The notes under the pieces: model-generated
The model's input: the letters and a program-made list of their open reading frames with translations, nothing else
What the model was told of the DNA's origin: nothing
The model's database searches: none
Shown: positions 26,301-33,264 of the stretch, one piece after another
Position numbering within the stretch: the first letter of the stretch is position 1
Layout: each line of letters starts with the position of its first letter
Assembly: GCA_903924185.1 (NCBI GenBank)
Contig: CAIYAN010000038.1
Coordinates: forward strand, 1-43,031
DNA length: 43,031 bases
Origin: an uncultured Opitutia bacterium
Lineage (GTDB): Bacteria; Verrucomicrobiota; Verrucomicrobiia; Opitutales; UBA953
Direction of reading: 5' to 3'
Position numbers and translations under genes: made by a program

Positions 26301-26811
26301 CCAAGGTGCAATTCTCAGCCCCGGTGTGTCTGTCGGTACGCTGACTATTAGTTCCTTGATTTTACTCAATGGATCTTCGCTAAAATGGGAATTGGCTGAC
26401 GCGGCCGGTGCCATGGGGACGGGCTACGATAGCCTAGCCGTGACGGGTCAGCTCGACTTGATCAGTGCCAGCCCAGCCACCCGGATCGTGCTGAAGGCGG
26501 TCTCGGTCGGCAATACTGGCGCCCCACTCAACTTCCAACGTAACCTACCTAACAGTTTCGTCTTCGCCAACTTTGGGTCGCTGGCCTTGGGGTCGAATCA
26601 GAACGTCGCTGATCTGTTCAGTTTGGATTTCAGTGAGTTCCGCTACACCGACGGCACACTGGCCAATGCTGCGGATTGGCAGGTGACGGCTGACGCGTCA
26701 GCACTTACCTTGAGCAACATCCCTGAGCCTTCGACGTATGGCCTCGGCCTGGGTGCCCTCGCCCTCGCGCTGGTCGCTCTTCGCCGCCGTAAGCAAGCTA
26801 AGGCTATTTGA
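20317..26811 (+). CDS. Giant PEP-CTERM-anchored surface protein: two tandem N-terminal jelly-roll-like (DNRLRE-like) modules plus many autotransporter-associated beta-strand repeats
   Basis: 2164 aa with a signal peptide. Duplicated modules end in NNGFVVQS...NRPILSVTYV and NNGWLFRT...NKRPELQVNYV. Repeats of the form G.G.L.L.G.N.FTG...V..GTL recur many times. The C-terminus IPEPSTYGLGLGALALALVALRRRKQ is a PEP-CTERM sorting signal. Confidence 0.88.
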   Translation: MTSGKKCPSSLGKTLRLLLAAAAMPVGAYAQTTITFQQGTAGYLGGVDRNLTATTAAANVALGEVAMNNGTTVAESQYFLKFSSLFGTGAAFIPTNATILSATLTLKVGATTGDTAAATSAGITVAPMLADFTNATSLVSFSGVSAVGTTLLTNGPLYVNGLTKLPTAITSPAVLNTSYSANVTQAVQAWSSGAYTNNGFVVQSQVADLLRVNGDAATTVANRPILSVTYVTNGTTTSFKNGVNGYVGFTGITTQHPSDGTLATTQITATSTKVTLDGATGNSLPGNVASPDWLGLLKVGNIFGSAKSQVPTRATISKAWVIVNTGTSSNDQSGGPYNMYRMITAWDTTSTYDSLSTVGGPYLGPISGTDYLAAGVTSSPSSLPQGANSLFDITADITAWKNGTANNGWLFRTRTSTDGWAFNGPGATDVNKRPELQVNYVVDQLRWKGDVSAVWDAGTAVGTGGTNNWMLETAGTATNFIPTDRVLFDDTAAGTGAVTISVAADLQPQRVTFNNATRDYLLTGPGALTGGGEFWKTGGGTTVITTNVLLTGGARIFAGTLQVGTGGTDGNLAGPIIVDAGAMLIVNRSDNITNTESITGAGNATKLGAGRFDAGAAFNLTGNLTINGGTLAVGAGARPSSVSVGAGATFAVTSGLTTTTMLLPTLTLATAGATLQFELATLSNPTVPLLSVTGTDGLVLSGGAHQLNIVSTGSLGLGTFTLVNYVGADIAAGFTLNTLPQRLIGNLVYNTAAKSIDLSITDQNQILWSGVVDGTWDAGTGVNLGGTMNWIEKANTAGSAATNFFAGDKVAFDDTAVVRVINLVGEIGPSGVSVNSQYDFTFGGTGTLAPTGALTKAGTGRLTLLASKTSAGFTSINNGVLQLGDATNTPTLSGTVTIAAGANLNVVNGTLAAVTTVATGGSLRVDGGTVTGALNLSGNADFFGGNLSGVATLAAGGLLKVKSTFAGSLTGNIIVPTDATLQFEQAAAIRFDKVVSGTGVLNFNGPGRTTFGGSSNGFTGTVNVNAGEFRIDDPGTGGDLGVTNIIVNNGGRFQFGDTSIGNPDLPGTTYITINTGGVIAFQEAEDFGGIHLNGGTVLLEQSGFNLTGTTAIMVWNSGTIKTLDGGTSPYNIAGTAGSPVLKLTSGVVEVSGLAALNLPSGMQVAEGTLRLVSAANLGSGAMPIALGSDATAVTPTVGTLEYTGLTATRSGAFIVNQGGGVISVTTSGATLTLSGTLSGAGDLKKLGAGNLSMGDSSSYTGLITVTEGGWTLGANVVGQSLSTIRLDGGSLLFAGSVSGASQFNLGELQLAPTATQRDIVLVDTAALPLPAILNLGGKNVDMVFDGTFSGAGTLVKVGTGLLKLTQANPLSGTTKLSNGTLTLAHRDALRSSTLDLAGGTLVFDAAVTSKVFALGGLTTSLITPANLALVNSVGDAVTLEIGRGDASSLFTGVVSGQGGLTKIGNGTLTLSGANTFTGELKVQAGTVALAGVSLLSGGVTIDGGVLQVSTALALENVVTLNVPNSGGIAWGAGVSADISAKLPTLLAGTTFTFDTSGNNVAFALPLAGAATVRKVGAGQLLVPAAPSFTGKWVLSGGELGMATDAAFGAVPTNIVADQVVLDGGAIQATSSFTLNAKRGLLVRTGSTGYLNPVAGATLRVESVISSESSVATLVIGGPNAFFTGSGTVVLAGANTFAGSWLIQDSTLQVASMGDGTNPSALGLVPMTPAGLKFSGGTLLYSGAGESTARGFTVAGSGARFSSEGNGALVITSSALVDFSNDFSPNRRLTLAGSNLGGNIFAAEMFESDSSQFVFSGLIKEGVGQWLLSGPAARFAPTAEFNLNAGQLTFTAGALGDNTYTGPVVVSGTSTLAWASGNNDDLSARLRITDGSTATFDIASGGLVRLGSSLTFGAAADGRMVKQGSGALVFAAANAFSGGLTVEQGIVRVTAASGLGSGAVTVNGGTLSVEANLSNAVQVTGGTLTGGGALGVVTMGQGAILSPGVSVGTLTISSLILLNGSSLKWELADAAGAMGTGYDSLAVTGQLDLISASPATRIVLKAVSVGNTGAPLNFQRNLPNSFVFANFGSLALGSNQNVADLFSLDFSEFRYTDGTLANAADWQVTADASALTLSNIPEPSTYGLGLGALALALVALRRRKQAKAI

Positions 26812-29416
26812 AGGTCAGGAGCTTAGATGATTTCCAGATTTCGCCCTTAGGACCGACGAGCATGACGGCGAGGCCTTCGCGTTCGGCGAGGGCTTGCGCG
26901 TCTTTCCAGCCTGAGGCCATGAGCGCAGTCGACCAGCCGTCCGCTTGGAAGCAGCTGGGGTGGTAGACGCAACAGAGCTCGATGGTCGGTTCGACGGGTT
27001 GTCCAGTCTTTGGCGAGAGGATGTGGGAGATGGATTTACCCGCAGCAGCGCGCTTGGCGCGGTAAAGACCGGAGGGGCTCAGGGCCATGTCTTTGAGCAC
27101 GGGTTTGGCGATCATTGCCCGCGTATTAAAGGGGTCTTCAATGCCGACCTGCCAACTGCCAGCGGCCAAGAGTTCACCCCCGACTTCGATGAGAAATTCC
27201 TTTTGCCCAGCTTGGCGTAATACTTGGGCCACGCGATCAGCGGCGTAGCCTTGCAGCACCGAACCCAGGTCTAACTGCACGCGCGGGTGGCTCTTGCGCA
27301 GGCTCCCGTTGGTCACGTCCAAGGTGAGCTTATCCGAGCCGACAAAGGTCAAGGTCACGCGGAGTTTCTCGGCGGTAGGAACGGGTAGGTTACTTCCGGC
27401 TGGTCCGTAACCCCACAGGCTGGTTAGGGGGGCGATGGTGACGTCGTAGTTTCGCTCGGAGGCCGTCCAGAGTTTCTGGGTGAAGGCGAGTATCTCCGTC
27501 AGCTCGGCGTCGATGGCCATCGGCTGCGTCGACTCGAGTTCGTTGAAGCGGATGGCCTGCGAGCCTTTGCGCCAGTGCGAGAGCGAGAACTCCACGCGAT
27601 TAATCTCCGCTTCGATATCTTTGTGTAGGGTCGTTCGGTCGGCGATGGGGCCACGCACCTTGACCGTCCACGTCGTCCCGAAAGCTCCACCGTGCATTTC
27701 GGCGACCGGGGCCGTCGACTCACTCTGCGCCGTGATGAGGTTAAGGTTCTCCCGGGGCCGTCCGAGCGTGAGCAGGGCACCGACGAGTAGGAGCAGCACG
27801 GCGAAGGTGTCGCGTTTCGCCCAAGTCTCGTGCTGGCTTTGCGTGCGGGTGAAGTTCAGCAGTGCGCCCGTCGGGCAACCGTACTTGCAAAAGCCTTGGG
27901 GGATGAAGACAGCGACGACGAGTCCGAGGCCGGCGAGGATGAGCGAGCTCAGCGCGACGCCACTGAGCACCCAGGCATCAAAGGGCTCTATCTGCCCGAG
28001 ACTCCAACGCGGCCAGACCAAGGCCGCGAGGAAAGCGCCCCCGAGTAGGATGAACGGGATGACGCGTAGCCACTGGTGAGTCCTCGCCGAGAGGCGGATA
28101 TGTAGTTTCGGGAATCGCCCGAGGAGTTCTTGGGCGGCGCCATGCGGGCAGATTTGGTGGCAATAGGCTTGGCGGCGAGTCGACCAAGGGACGAGCAGGG
28201 CAATCGCGCCTAGGGCCACCAGACCCGTGGTCGGCCCTCCCGGCAGGCCGTAGCGGGCCCAGCCGACGAAGAGGGAGAGCGAGACCATCTGGCCGAGCCA
28301 AAGCCCCAGGCCGGCCACCAGGAGTAGCTGCCAGGCTGTCCGTACCCACGGCTTCCCGTGCAGGCTGGTAAAGGTCATCAACAGGGCACCGACTAAGAAG
28401 CACCAGATGGCTGCTTGTTGGATCAGGCCCCAGGTGCCCCTACGCTTAGCGAGCTCGCCCTTGGCGTCATCCGTGAAGCGCTGCTTGATACCTTCGGCAA
28501 TGGCATAACTCGTCAAGGTCGCCCCTGCCACGCCTTCTAGTTGCGCACTGGTAAAGTCTATCTTCGGCCATTCCTTGGTAGTCCACTTAGTGAGCGACTG
28601 CAGGTACTCACGGTCGTCATAGATCCGCTGAACGTAGTGGGTCGTGTCGTAGGTCTCGCGCAGGACAATCTTGCGAAGCGTCAACTGGTCGACGTCGACG
28701 GCGATGAGCGTCTCCGAGGGACCAGCGTAACCATTAATTTCGTCGGACGACGGCGAAGAGCGCACGGCGTAGCCGAGGGCTTTGCCTTGAGCGTCGCGCA
28801 CCAGGTTCCAGCCGAGGCGTGGGACGTTGCGCTCGAAACCCACGGCGGCAGGGAAGCCCAACTTCTTAACTTCGTCGAGCGAGAGCGGGGTCGGGAAGCG
28901 CAACGAGGCGTAGGTACCGGCGGTGCGTTGCTGGATGGATTGGACGACGGACAGGGCAGTGAGCGTGGAGCCGGCATAGCCTTCGAGCTTTGGGGACGGC
29001 TCTGAGGTCGGGCGCCAATCACGGAAAGACTTCGCGAACTTCGGGTTGTCGCGGAGCTGGTCGACGTGCCCCGGCGTATCCTCCGACGACAGGATGCGCG
29101 TGCCGACGACGCGGTCATGGTTATCGAGCGCGACGAGAATATTACTGGGTCCTTGGTAACCGACGACCTTCTCGGCCTCCGGTTGCGTCGTGAGCAGGAG
29201 GCCGATCTTGTTCTGATACTTATCACGGACAATGAGGGTGGACTGTGGGCCCGGCTTGAGGGCCACCGCTTCGGGGAAGAACGCCTGCGCATCCGCCAGC
29301 GTGAGGTGTGCGAGGGCGGAGTCTGGAGACGGCGTGGTCAGCTGCAGCAGCCACACGGCGATGCCCAGCGCCGCGAGGCGCCAGAGCCGCACCGCCCAGC
29401 CTTGCAGTCGCCCCAT
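26804..29416 (-). CDS. Fusion protein: 2x FMN-binding domain + NapH/NosR-like polytopic CxxxCP membrane domain + C-terminal ApbE FAD:protein FMN transferase
   Basis: 870 aa with an N-terminal anchor. Two FMN_bind-like domains end in YAGSTLTA (T151) and VAGATLTS (T300); compare NqrC SGATLTS. About six helices carry C419HQIC423P and C510KYGC514P. The ApbE-like C-terminus has FGTTW, DVTIAPL..LWG, LDLGSVLQGYAADR, FLIEVGGE, HILSPKTGQP and DGWSTAL. Confidence 0.8.
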   Translation of the reverse strand: MGRLQGWAVRLWRLAALGIAVWLLQLTTPSPDSALAHLTLADAQAFFPEAVALKPGPQSTLIVRDKYQNKIGLLLTTQPEAEKVVGYQGPSNILVALDNHDRVVGTRILSSEDTPGHVDQLRDNPKFAKSFRDWRPTSEPSPKLEGYAGSTLTALSVVQSIQQRTAGTYASLRFPTPLSLDEVKKLGFPAAVGFERNVPRLGWNLVRDAQGKALGYAVRSSPSSDEINGYAGPSETLIAVDVDQLTLRKIVLRETYDTTHYVQRIYDDREYLQSLTKWTTKEWPKIDFTSAQLEGVAGATLTSYAIAEGIKQRFTDDAKGELAKRRGTWGLIQQAAIWCFLVGALLMTFTSLHGKPWVRTAWQLLLVAGLGLWLGQMVSLSLFVGWARYGLPGGPTTGLVALGAIALLVPWSTRRQAYCHQICPHGAAQELLGRFPKLHIRLSARTHQWLRVIPFILLGGAFLAALVWPRWSLGQIEPFDAWVLSGVALSSLILAGLGLVVAVFIPQGFCKYGCPTGALLNFTRTQSQHETWAKRDTFAVLLLLVGALLTLGRPRENLNLITAQSESTAPVAEMHGGAFGTTWTVKVRGPIADRTTLHKDIEAEINRVEFSLSHWRKGSQAIRFNELESTQPMAIDAELTEILAFTQKLWTASERNYDVTIAPLTSLWGYGPAGSNLPVPTAEKLRVTLTFVGSDKLTLDVTNGSLRKSHPRVQLDLGSVLQGYAADRVAQVLRQAGQKEFLIEVGGELLAAGSWQVGIEDPFNTRAMIAKPVLKDMALSPSGLYRAKRAAAGKSISHILSPKTGQPVEPTIELCCVYHPSCFQADGWSTALMASGWKDAQALAEREGLAVMLVGPKGEIWKSSKLLTFK

Positions 29417-29419
29417 GCC

Positions 29420-31831
29420 TTATTTGGCGGGCACTAGCTGCACCGCGTCGGCGTGGATGTTACCGTTAGCGTTCTTTCCGCCGATCGTGAGCGTGTGGGC
29501 GCCCGACGCGAATTCGTAGGTGCCGAGGAGTTGGAAGCCGCCTTCGGGGTTGGACTTCTGGTTCGCCGTGAGCGTCACGACCTGCTTACCCGTCGGGTTC
29601 AGGGTAATGGTCGTATTGCTCGCGCGATTTTCGTGCCCGGCCCAGTAAAGACGAACTTCATAGCGGCCCGCCTGCGGAATCTTGAAGGTATAAGCGGCCT
29701 CGTTATCGCCCTTGGGAGCGTAGTGGTAGCCGGCACCGAGGTGCGGGATGCCGTGGCCAGCGCTCCATTTCCCCGTGAGCTTAGCTTGCGAGTCGTCGAC
29801 GACGATGCCCGGGAGCTTGGCGAGTTCCGCCATTTCATCGACGGAGAGTTTGTTCGGTGCGCCCGCGGCCTTGCCGAGGTCGGCGTTCATGCGACCAACG
29901 GGGAGCTGCTTGAAGTCGGCGATGGAGGTGTCGAGCGAGAGTTCACCGTCTAGCGACGTGCGGCGCATGCGGCCCGGCTGTTCCATGAGCTTGATCAGCG
30001 CCGGGAGGTGCTCCTGGTAAACGCCGCGCGGATTGGTCTTCTCGCGGACCGCGAGGTAGGCGGCCTTACCGACGACTTCGCCCATCATGCCAATGGTGCG
30101 CATGACGCGAACGGTGCCAAGGGCCTCGTGCGTGACGGAGATGTGGCGGCCCGCCATGAAGAGGTTATCGATGTTCTTCGAGTAGAAGAGGCGGTAAGGG
30201 AGTGGATAGCCGTTGCGACGGTCAACGGCAGTGACGTGCTTACCGCTCGCATCGACGTAGCCGAAGGCGGCACGGGAGATGAACGGGTTGTCCGGGAACT
30301 TCTTAGCATACTGCTCACGGGCGTAGTGGAGGTCGATGTCCCAGGTGGTCGGTACGCAACCATCGACGAAGTCCTTGCGGGCCACGATGTCTTCCTTGTT
30401 TAGGATGATGTCGCCAGTCAGGAGGCGGGATTCACGCGGGCCGCCGACGTGCGAGGCCCACTTGAGGTCAGCCAAGGCGTACTTGTCTTTTTGCTCGCCG
30501 TTTTTGAGCGCGGAGAAGGCGCCATATAACGCGCGGAGGTTCCAGTCACGGATGGTTTCGAGGTCCTTGATGGGGTCCTTGTCGAAGCCGGATTCCCAGA
30601 ACCACTCGGCTTTCATGAAGGGCTTGTCGTCGAGCTTCGAACTAGATTTCTGCAGCAGCGGGAAGTCACCGAGGGCTAAGGGCAGGGCCCACGGCGTGGC
30701 GGGCCAAGCGATGGGCGTAGCGGCGTCCTGGTAGAACCACATGTTCGACATCCCCATACGCTTGTTGGGTTCGGTGCGGTATTCGGCGCCCGCATAGGCA
30801 CCGACCCAGCCGTGGCCGGTGGTGTCGGCGACAAACTTCGCACGGAAGAGACGCTCGCGGCCGGTCTTAACGTCGATGGCCTTGACGGCGGCGATGCGGT
30901 TGCCGTCCATAACGACGCCGGTAGCGAAGTGACCGAGGAAGAGGCTGATATTCTTTTCAGCGCGGACGACCTTCTCCTTCAGCTCGTCCCCGAAGCTATC
31001 GACGCGACCAGGGCTGTCGGGCGAGCGGTCCGCGATTTCTTCGATGATCTCGCCGAGGTGCGGGTATTTGCCACGCGTGGTGCCGCCCATCGCCCAGACG
31101 CCGATTTCGGAACTGCCGTTACCGCCGAGGACAAAGCGGTCTTGGATGAAGGCGACCTTGAGCGACTGACGGGCGCCCGAGAGCGCGGCGCCGAGGCCAC
31201 CGTAGCCACCGCCGACGACGACGAGGTCATACTCACCCACGTCTTCGGGGCCGTTCGGATTGTTGAAGGAGTTACGGTAGGCGGCGAGGCCCTGGGCGGT
31301 GTCGGGCGGGACGCCCTTGTCCTTGGTCAGGACGATGGCATCGCAACGGCCATCGAACCCGGTGAGGTCATGGAGCGCGATTTTGGCTTCGCCTGCGGCG
31401 AGCGTGACCTTACCGCCTTCCTGCCAATGCCACTCCGCGCCTTTGGCACCGAACTCGGTGGCCAGGGGTTGGCCGTTGACGATGAGTTGGAAGCGGCCGG
31501 GGGAGCCAGGGGCGTTCCAGTGGCCAACCCAATCCTTGGTGCGGACCCAGACGTAGTATTCGCCCGTGCTCGGAATCTTTGCGGTGCCTTGGGCGTCAGC
31601 GACGGGCTTACCGAGGCCGTGAGCCAGCAGGTAGGGCGAGCCGACGATGTTAGTGAAGGCGGTGTCCAGCTTCCAGCCGCCATGGGAGGTGAGCGACTCG
31701 GCTTCAATGAAGACGGTCTGGGCGGAGGCAGCGGCGGAGGCGACGCAGGCGAGTCCGAGGAGGCGGAGGGCGCGGGGGAGCATGTTGGTAGGAAAAGGAG
31801 AAGGCGGGCGGCTTCCAATAGTATTATCCAT
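29420..31831 (-). CDS. Exported FAD-dependent oxidoreductase with N- and C-terminal carbohydrate-binding-like beta-sandwich domains
   Basis: 803 aa with dinucleotide motif VVVGGGYGGLGAALSGA. The Sec-type signal peptide is MLPRALRLLGLACVASAAASAQ if the start is ATG 31783; the longest ORF starts at 31831. The stop lies 3 nt before the start of the downstream gene. Confidence 0.78.
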   Translation of the reverse strand: MDNTIGSRPPSPFPTNMLPRALRLLGLACVASAAASAQTVFIEAESLTSHGGWKLDTAFTNIVGSPYLLAHGLGKPVADAQGTAKIPSTGEYYVWVRTKDWVGHWNAPGSPGRFQLIVNGQPLATEFGAKGAEWHWQEGGKVTLAAGEAKIALHDLTGFDGRCDAIVLTKDKGVPPDTAQGLAAYRNSFNNPNGPEDVGEYDLVVVGGGYGGLGAALSGARQSLKVAFIQDRFVLGGNGSSEIGVWAMGGTTRGKYPHLGEIIEEIADRSPDSPGRVDSFGDELKEKVVRAEKNISLFLGHFATGVVMDGNRIAAVKAIDVKTGRERLFRAKFVADTTGHGWVGAYAGAEYRTEPNKRMGMSNMWFYQDAATPIAWPATPWALPLALGDFPLLQKSSSKLDDKPFMKAEWFWESGFDKDPIKDLETIRDWNLRALYGAFSALKNGEQKDKYALADLKWASHVGGPRESRLLTGDIILNKEDIVARKDFVDGCVPTTWDIDLHYAREQYAKKFPDNPFISRAAFGYVDASGKHVTAVDRRNGYPLPYRLFYSKNIDNLFMAGRHISVTHEALGTVRVMRTIGMMGEVVGKAAYLAVREKTNPRGVYQEHLPALIKLMEQPGRMRRTSLDGELSLDTSIADFKQLPVGRMNADLGKAAGAPNKLSVDEMAELAKLPGIVVDDSQAKLTGKWSAGHGIPHLGAGYHYAPKGDNEAAYTFKIPQAGRYEVRLYWAGHENRASNTTITLNPTGKQVVTLTANQKSNPEGGFQLLGTYEFASGAHTLTIGGKNANGNIHADAVQLVPAK

Positions 31832-31896
31832 AGGACGGCTGCCATTTTAAGGCATTTAGAGGATGCCATCCTCGGGATTAGGGATACTTTACCCGC

Positions 31897-32700
31897 ATGC
31901 TTCGCCCCGTCTTGCTCCTCGCCTCCGCTGTTTTGGCCGTCGCCGCCGACCTGCCCCGTGAGAAATTACTCGTGGACCTCGATGCCCGGGTGGGCCTCAC
32001 GGTGGATGCGCAAGGCCGTGTGACCAAATGGGTCAACCAAGCCGGCCCCGCCGAGGTGCGTGATTTTGTGGGGCAGGACCAAGGTCGCAAGGTTCCTGGC
32101 TCTGGTCTGCCGACTGCCCCGAAGGATGCCACGGAGGGTGTGGGCTTTGCAGCTCAGGAACTCGTCTGCCACGAGGAGAAAGCGCTTGATGGCGTGGTGA
32201 GCGGCGATGGCTGCACGTGGATCGCGGTGCTGCGTCCCGCCGTCCAAGCGAAGGGTGGCCTCAAGGACGTGAATTCCTTTTTTGGTAATCTCCGTAACGG
32301 TAGTAAATATGAAGGCCTGTGGGGCTGTCTCGATGACGACAACACGGTCTGGTGGGGCGCCCGCAATGGGCTGACCTTCGGCCGGTTCGACGTGAACAAT
32401 CCCAAGGTCGCTGGCCCCAAACTCACCGCCGGTAAATGGGTGGTCGTGGCGGGCCGTCTGGGCGCCGGCACGGGAGAGGTCAGCGCTGAACTTTTTGTCG
32501 ATCAGCCGAAGGCCGTGGCGACAGCTAAGTTCCCCGTGAACCCTAAGGCCGACGCTTCGAAACTTTGCATTGGGCAGGAACGCGACGCGATTAATCACCC
32601 GGGCTTCGAGTCCTTTGATGGGTCCATCCGCCGCTTCCTGCTGTGGAATCGGCCGCTCACGGACGAGGAACTCCAGCAGGCCCTAACGGCCGTTAAGTAG
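31897..32700 (+). CDS. LamG/concanavalin-A-like jelly-roll domain protein, secreted
   Basis: 267 aa with a signal peptide. The ending (GQERD...FDGSIRRFLLWNRPLTDEEL) is typical of LamG-like domains. Confidence 0.65.
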   Translation: MLRPVLLLASAVLAVAADLPREKLLVDLDARVGLTVDAQGRVTKWVNQAGPAEVRDFVGQDQGRKVPGSGLPTAPKDATEGVGFAAQELVCHEEKALDGVVSGDGCTWIAVLRPAVQAKGGLKDVNSFFGNLRNGSKYEGLWGCLDDDNTVWWGARNGLTFGRFDVNNPKVAGPKLTAGKWVVVAGRLGAGTGEVSAELFVDQPKAVATAKFPVNPKADASKLCIGQERDAINHPGFESFDGSIRRFLLWNRPLTDEELQQALTAVK

Positions 32701-33214
32701 TCTTCTTCTTCGCAGCATCTTCCGCGGCGGGCGCCTTTTCGGCGGCCTTCTTCTTCTTGGAGTTGTCCATCACCTTGGTGCGCTGGGTGTCCATGGCGTC
32801 CATCACTTTCTCGAGCGACATCATCTTGATGCTGGGGTCGTTCGTGCTAATCGCAGTCATGAGGGTGCTGCGGACCTCGTCCACGGCGCGGCGGGCGTCG
32901 GCAACGATATCCTTCTTCTCGGCACCGGTCGCAAATTCCAGACGGCTACGGGTTTCCACCATGCGTTCGCGAGCGGCCTTCACGGATTCATCCTGGTAGG
33001 CTTTCAGCGCGGCGACCTTAATCTTCGCGAGCTCCTCCTTGGAGACTCCGTCGACTTCATCGGGTACGACAGCCTGACGTTGGGCACCGCCCGCGGCGGC
33101 GGCGCGCTTCGCGGCTTTCGTCGCCGGCTCCGTTGGAGTCGTGGCGGTGGGCTTGGCAGCGTCGGCGGCGAAAGCGAGGCTGGCGGCGAAGAGGAGGAAG
33201 AGGAGGGGTTTCAT
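32693..33214 (-). CDS. Secreted Ala/Lys/Glu-rich helical protein, paralog family member 1 (one module)
   Basis: 173 aa with a signal peptide. The module is VPDEVDGVSKEELAKIK...AARERM...DPSIKMMSLEKVMDAMDTQ. It is a paralog of the two genes upstream. Confidence 0.7.
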   Translation of the reverse strand: MKPLLFLLFAASLAFAADAAKPTATTPTEPATKAAKRAAAAGGAQRQAVVPDEVDGVSKEELAKIKVAALKAYQDESVKAARERMVETRSRLEFATGAEKKDIVADARRAVDEVRSTLMTAISTNDPSIKMMSLEKVMDAMDTQRTKVMDNSKKKKAAEKAPAAEDAAKKKTT

Positions 33215-33220
33215 TGAAGA

Positions 33221-33260
33221 TAGGGGTTAGGGGATAGGGGGTAGGGGATGGGGGATCGGG
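33221..33260 (+). repeat. Five tandem TAGGGGN heptamers; G-quadruplex-capable on the + strand and C-rich in the reverse-strand transcript
   Basis: TAGGGGT TAGGGGA TAGGGGG TAGGGGA TGGGGGA TCGGG fills the whole 50-nt gap between two paralogous genes. Confidence 0.9.
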
Positions 33261-33264
33261 AGTC

